NCBI GenBank assembly: GCA_965208615.1
Contig: CBDBPB010000009.1
Coordinates: 32,001 to 96,000 of the forward strand
DNA length: 64,000 nucleotides
Origin: Spirochaetota bacterium
Lineage (GTDB): Bacteria > Spirochaetota > UBA6919 > CBDBPB01
Direction of reading: 5' to 3'
In this document: positions 60,136 through 64,000 of the stretch, piece by piece
Numbering within the stretch: position 1 is the stretch's first letter
How the letters are laid out: every line of letters begins with the position of its first letter
Translations under genes and position numbers: made by a program
Notes under the pieces: generated by a model
Told to the model about the DNA's origin: nothing
Databases searched by the model: none
Seen by the model: the letters and a program-made list of their open reading frames with translations, nothing else

Positions 60136-61728
60136 TTAACTTTTATCTGTATAGTGCATATAGTTAATCTCAGGGAATATATTATTCTTCCCCTCAATAT
60201 TACTTAACCAACCTTCATCTATTTGCCTATTCGTAATCATATCATAAAGGGTATGGAAATATTGAATATGTTCTTTTGTTCGTCTAATAGCATACTCCAC
60301 CATAGTATCGGTGGTCATAATAAATGCCCAATCACTACTCTGGGCTAAGAGTAATTCCCTTGCCAACTGATTTAATGCTCTTTTTATTAAGTGATCTTTA
60401 GTATCTTTATATGTATTAGCGGCATTTATCATATTATCTGTACACTTGTGCAAGTGACGGTATATCCAATCATTATTGCCATTAAGCCAAACCTCAGAAT
60501 AGCCTTTATTACCCCAACTAGAAAATGATGGAGTTGATACCTGATTCTCAGGATAAATATTTAAATACTCAGACGGAGTTATAGTAGAAACACTATTCTG
60601 ATCGTGATATATCTTTCTTAACAAAAAGTCAATAAAGTTTGGCCCCTCATACCACCAATGACCAAATAACTCACAGTCATAGGGAGCTACAATTAAAGGA
60701 GACCTATCCATAAAAGAAGACAAATGTTTAACTTGCTCTTCTCTATTAAACATAAAATTACCAGCATGACTACTAGCAGTATCCATAGCCTTCTGATAGT
60801 TATACGGCCTTTTATCAGATGTCTTACCAGTAATACTATAATACTTTATACCAGTCATAATCCTAAGGCCGCTCTCATGAATATAAGGGCTAATATAGTC
60901 TTTATCAAGATCGAAACCAATATCCCTATAAAACTCTCGATAGTTATAATCCCCAGGATAACCAACCTTAGCACTCCATACGGCCTGACCACTCTCTAAA
61001 TCACGACCAAAAGCAGATACACCATTATTACAGTATAAAGGTGCAAATACACCATACTTAGGTCTTTTATCTGCATATAATATACCATGGGTCTCTACAA
61101 AGAAATACCTAATATTATTATTTATTAAATGCTTTTCTAATTTAGGAAAATACCCGCATTCACCATTCCATATACCTTTTGGTGAACAGTTAAAAAAACG
61201 TTCATAAGAATCTTTAGCAATGCCTATCTGAGCGTTAACAGCATTGGGATACATCTCCATTAAAGGCATAAAACCATGAGTTGCACCACAAGTTATTATT
61301 TCTATTTTACCAAGGTCTTGTAAGTTTTTAAAAGAAGTTATCAAATTCTTTTTATACTTATCCACAAAAAACCAGCGACAATGCTCAAACTTAGACAAAT
61401 ACATCTTAGCAGTTTCATTAAACTCTGGCGTATTCTTGGTTCTGTCAATTTCTTTATGAGCAAGCTCAATAAGCTTATTTATATGAACTTCGTATCTATC
61501 CTGCAATAGCGGATCAGCAAACATATTAGTTAATGGAGGAGTTAAAGATAAAGTTACCCTAAAATCTATATTATCCCTTACAAGCCCCTCAAATACCGTC
61601 AAAAGAGGAATGTAAGTCTCTGTAATGGCCTCATAAAACCAGTCCTCTTCCAAAAAATCATCATACTCAGGATGCCGTACATAAGGTAAATGAGCATGCA
61701 ACACTAACATTAAATATCCGGCAGACAT
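60136..61728 (-). CDS. GH57 1,4-alpha-glucan branching enzyme (DUF1957)
   Basis: LHAHLPYV, ETYIPLL, GATHG, WNGECGY, PYDCELFGHWWYEG, AQSSDWAF. Confidence 0.93.
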   Translation of the reverse strand: MSAGYLMLVLHAHLPYVRHPEYDDFLEEDWFYEAITETYIPLLTVFEGLVRDNIDFRVTLSLTPPLTNMFADPLLQDRYEVHINKLIELAHKEIDRTKNTPEFNETAKMYLSKFEHCRWFFVDKYKKNLITSFKNLQDLGKIEIITCGATHGFMPLMEMYPNAVNAQIGIAKDSYERFFNCSPKGIWNGECGYFPKLEKHLINNNIRYFFVETHGILYADKRPKYGVFAPLYCNNGVSAFGRDLESGQAVWSAKVGYPGDYNYREFYRDIGFDLDKDYISPYIHESGLRIMTGIKYYSITGKTSDKRPYNYQKAMDTASSHAGNFMFNREEQVKHLSSFMDRSPLIVAPYDCELFGHWWYEGPNFIDFLLRKIYHDQNSVSTITPSEYLNIYPENQVSTPSFSSWGNKGYSEVWLNGNNDWIYRHLHKCTDNMINAANTYKDTKDHLIKRALNQLARELLLAQSSDWAFIMTTDTMVEYAIRRTKEHIQYFHTLYDMITNRQIDEGWLSNIEGKNNIFPEINYMHYTDKS

Positions 61729-61836
61729 TAAACTCCCCTTTTATATTAAGACTACTACATTACAAACAACCCACCCCAACCTAAATAAATACTTCACTCC
61801 CCATCAAGATTACCCATAAATACTATATAAGTCAAG

Positions 61837-62427
61837 TTAAAAAAAATCTTTTATGCTTTCATGAGGTGATGGAATTATTCTAAGATTTAATAGGCACTCT
61901 CTATCCGTTAATACGCTCTTAGCCTCTTCTATGGCCGACTGTATATTATAAAGCTCGCCTAATATTATAAAGTATGACTTACCCCCTAAACCATTTGCAA
62001 GACGTAACTCTCTTAAATGTATATCAGAGGTTTTACAAGCTTTATCCGCAGATACAATCGCCGAAGCAACTGTTTTACTCTCTACTATTGCCATTGCATT
62101 CAATTTATAAGGTTTATTTAGTCCCAAAATAGCTGGTATAATCTGCATATCCAAATTAGCTATAATAAAGTGGTCAAATATATAATCCTTTTCCACCTCC
62201 AAGCCCTTATATATAGACTCCTCCACTGAGGCTAAATCACCAGTAAACACTGTTATAAACCTACCAAGGGATATAGGTTTAGCCTCCAACACCTTTATAG
62301 GAGCTGTTTTAACCATAGTATCAAGGCTATTAATACCAGCAGAAATACTAGTATACTCAACCAAACCCAATACTATATTATCCTTAGGTAGACTTTTCAT
62401 TATAGAGAGCCTATTTATCCTACTCAT
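61837..62427 (-). CDS. Tandem BMC-domain shell protein (PduT-like)
   Basis: Two BMC domains: LGLVE..SISAGI..D.MVK and AIVESK..SADKACK..LANGLGGK..IIPSPH. Confidence 0.87.
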   Translation of the reverse strand: MSRINRLSIMKSLPKDNIVLGLVEYTSISAGINSLDTMVKTAPIKVLEAKPISLGRFITVFTGDLASVEESIYKGLEVEKDYIFDHFIIANLDMQIIPAILGLNKPYKLNAMAIVESKTVASAIVSADKACKTSDIHLRELRLANGLGGKSYFIILGELYNIQSAIEEAKSVLTDRECLLNLRIIPSPHESIKDFF

Positions 62428-62455
62428 AACTATATATGATAACTTATCCCAAGTA

Positions 62456-63538
62456 TTAACTGTTATTCATAAGTTTTATAAACTCATCAAACAGGTAGTT
62501 TGAATCATTAGGTCCAGGGGAACTCTCTGGGTGATATTGAACCGAAAAAATACCTAACTCATTATGACGTATGCCTTCTATTGTGTTGTCATTAAGGTTA
62601 ATATGAGTTATCTCAATGTCTTTTGACATATTATTAACAGCAAATCCATGATTTTGTGATGTTATCTCAATCATTTTATTAGATAAATTCTTTACTGGGT
62701 GATTAGCACCATGATGACCAAACTTTAACTTATAAGTACTAGCTCCAAGAGCAATGGATAGTATTTGATGGCCTAAACATATACCAAAAATTGGTTTTTT
62801 ACCAATTAACTCCCTAACAGTACTTATAGACTTAACCACAGCAGAAGGATCCCCTGGACCATTAGATAAAAATACTCCATCTGGATTTAACTTTATAATA
62901 TCATCAAATGAACTATCCGCCGGTATAACCGTAATATTACACCCTCTATTAGATAACATTCTCAATATATTTGTTTTTATTCCAAAGTCTAGAGCAACAA
63001 CGTGATACTTAAATTGGCCTTTAGCAGGAAAAGAATAAACCTTATTAGTAGATACCTTATTAACAAGATTAAGACCTTCCATCTTCGGAGAATTAATAAC
63101 TTTATCAATTAATACTTTGTTATCCCACTCTCCAATGGCCAATAATCCCCTTAGTGCACCCTTTTCTCTAATATGTCTAGTTAGTTTACGAGTATCTATC
63201 CCCTCAACAGCTGGAATTTTATACTCCTTTAAATAACTATCCAAAGACCTATTAGCCCTAAAATTAGAGTAATACCTCTGATACTCCCTCACAACAAAAC
63301 CAGATACCCAAACCTTGTTCGACTCTATATCATCATCATTAATACCATAATTTCCTATTAGGGGATAAGTCATAGTAACAATTTGTTGACAGTAAGACGG
63401 ATCAGTTAATATCTCCTGATAACCTGTCATACTAGTATTAAAAACTATTTCGCCAGTTTTGATAAGCTCTTTATCTTCATATCCAAAAGACTTACCAGTA
63501 AATATTGTTCCATCCTCTAAAACAACTTTTCCAATCAA
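62456..63538 (-). CDS. carA: Carbamoyl-phosphate synthase small subunit
   Basis: GEIVFNTSMTGYQE, SNGPGDP, GICLGHQ, QYHPE; TTG 63538 follows GGAG. Confidence 0.97.
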   Translation of the reverse strand: MIGKVVLEDGTIFTGKSFGYEDKELIKTGEIVFNTSMTGYQEILTDPSYCQQIVTMTYPLIGNYGINDDDIESNKVWVSGFVVREYQRYYSNFRANRSLDSYLKEYKIPAVEGIDTRKLTRHIREKGALRGLLAIGEWDNKVLIDKVINSPKMEGLNLVNKVSTNKVYSFPAKGQFKYHVVALDFGIKTNILRMLSNRGCNITVIPADSSFDDIIKLNPDGVFLSNGPGDPSAVVKSISTVRELIGKKPIFGICLGHQILSIALGASTYKLKFGHHGANHPVKNLSNKMIEITSQNHGFAVNNMSKDIEITHINLNDNTIEGIRHNELGIFSVQYHPESSPGPNDSNYLFDEFIKLMNNS

Positions 63539-63729
63539 AATAACCACTCCAATAGGCTTATTATGGCTATATTTTACTAAATAAACCGTTAGCAAATATT
63601 CTAAATAAATATAATAAAAAGCGTTTTAAGGTAGGTAGTTAAAAAAAAGTGTTTGTTAATAATAGCTTTTATAACAAAATATATAACATAAAAAAATAGC
63701 TATGTTATATTAACTCTATTAATAAATAG

Positions 63730-64000
63730 TTAGCTTTTGCTTGCTAAATTAGGTCTTATATTACTAGTTTTACTTATAATCATTTTTAACGCTCTTACAG
63801 ATAACGGAGGGGCTCCTACCTCTCTTACAAGCAATAAAACTCCTTTTAATTTATTATCTATATTTATTGGGAATAAATAAATCTGATTATACTTTCTATA
63901 TTCTGATTCTAAGAACATACAATTAAATGTCTTAGATTTAGTAATCTTACCAGTTAAATATAAGTTCTTTTTTTTATCTATAAGCTTCTTAAATAAAGGA
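63730..64000 (-). CDS. Partial CDS (C-terminus, possibly GAF-like), truncated by window end
   Basis: Frame has no stop from 64000 down to the stop at 63730; LFPINIDNKLKGVLLL. Confidence 0.55.
   Translation of the reverse strand, partial: PLFKKLIDKKKNLYLTGKITKSKTFNCMFLESEYRKYNQIYLFPINIDNKLKGVLLLVREVGAPPLSVRALKMIISKTSNIRPNLASKS

Noticed and set aside
432-60999. Many antisense or overlapping track ORFs (e.g. 432-683, 1840-2346, 9698-10204, 10522-10995, 30319-30786, 41726-42091, 53275-53793, 60724-60999)
   Set aside because: Shadow frames of well-supported genes with no SD or recognisable motifs.
1-64000. CRISPR array or anti-phage defence locus
   Set aside because: No regularly spaced repeats or cas genes seen; the Mrr-like domain is degenerate and has no defence-type neighbours.

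Overview
Very AT-rich bacterial chromosome segment with about 58 CDS and one tRNA-Asn(GUU); no CRISPR array, prophage or intact transposase was seen. A FlcA-like flagellar collar protein, a membrane-anchored TPR/Mrr-like fusion, a PseG-like/methyltransferase fusion and strong, uniform strand skew suggest an uncultured Spirochaetota lineage (inference). Housekeeping genes (ribE, fmt-def-priA, aroA, thiL, recA-argC, carA, dusB, suhB) are mixed with a dispersed sulfur-handling set in the first 15 kb: tusA-sqr-DUF1641-like, a convergent dsrE/F/H-like triad whose 54-aa third gene is missing from the ORF track, a DsrE2-type gene and a second tusA. Main oddities: aroA and an ECF sigma factor have conserved N-termini upstream of any ATG/GTG/TTG and appear to start at ATA; several unannotated small ORFs, one behind a perfect sigma28 -10 box; two dispersed palindromic motifs; several apparently inactive enzyme domains; a doubly frameshifted SH3/TPR gene; and an orphan BMC shell gene. 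All family calls come from motif recognition by eye, not database searches.
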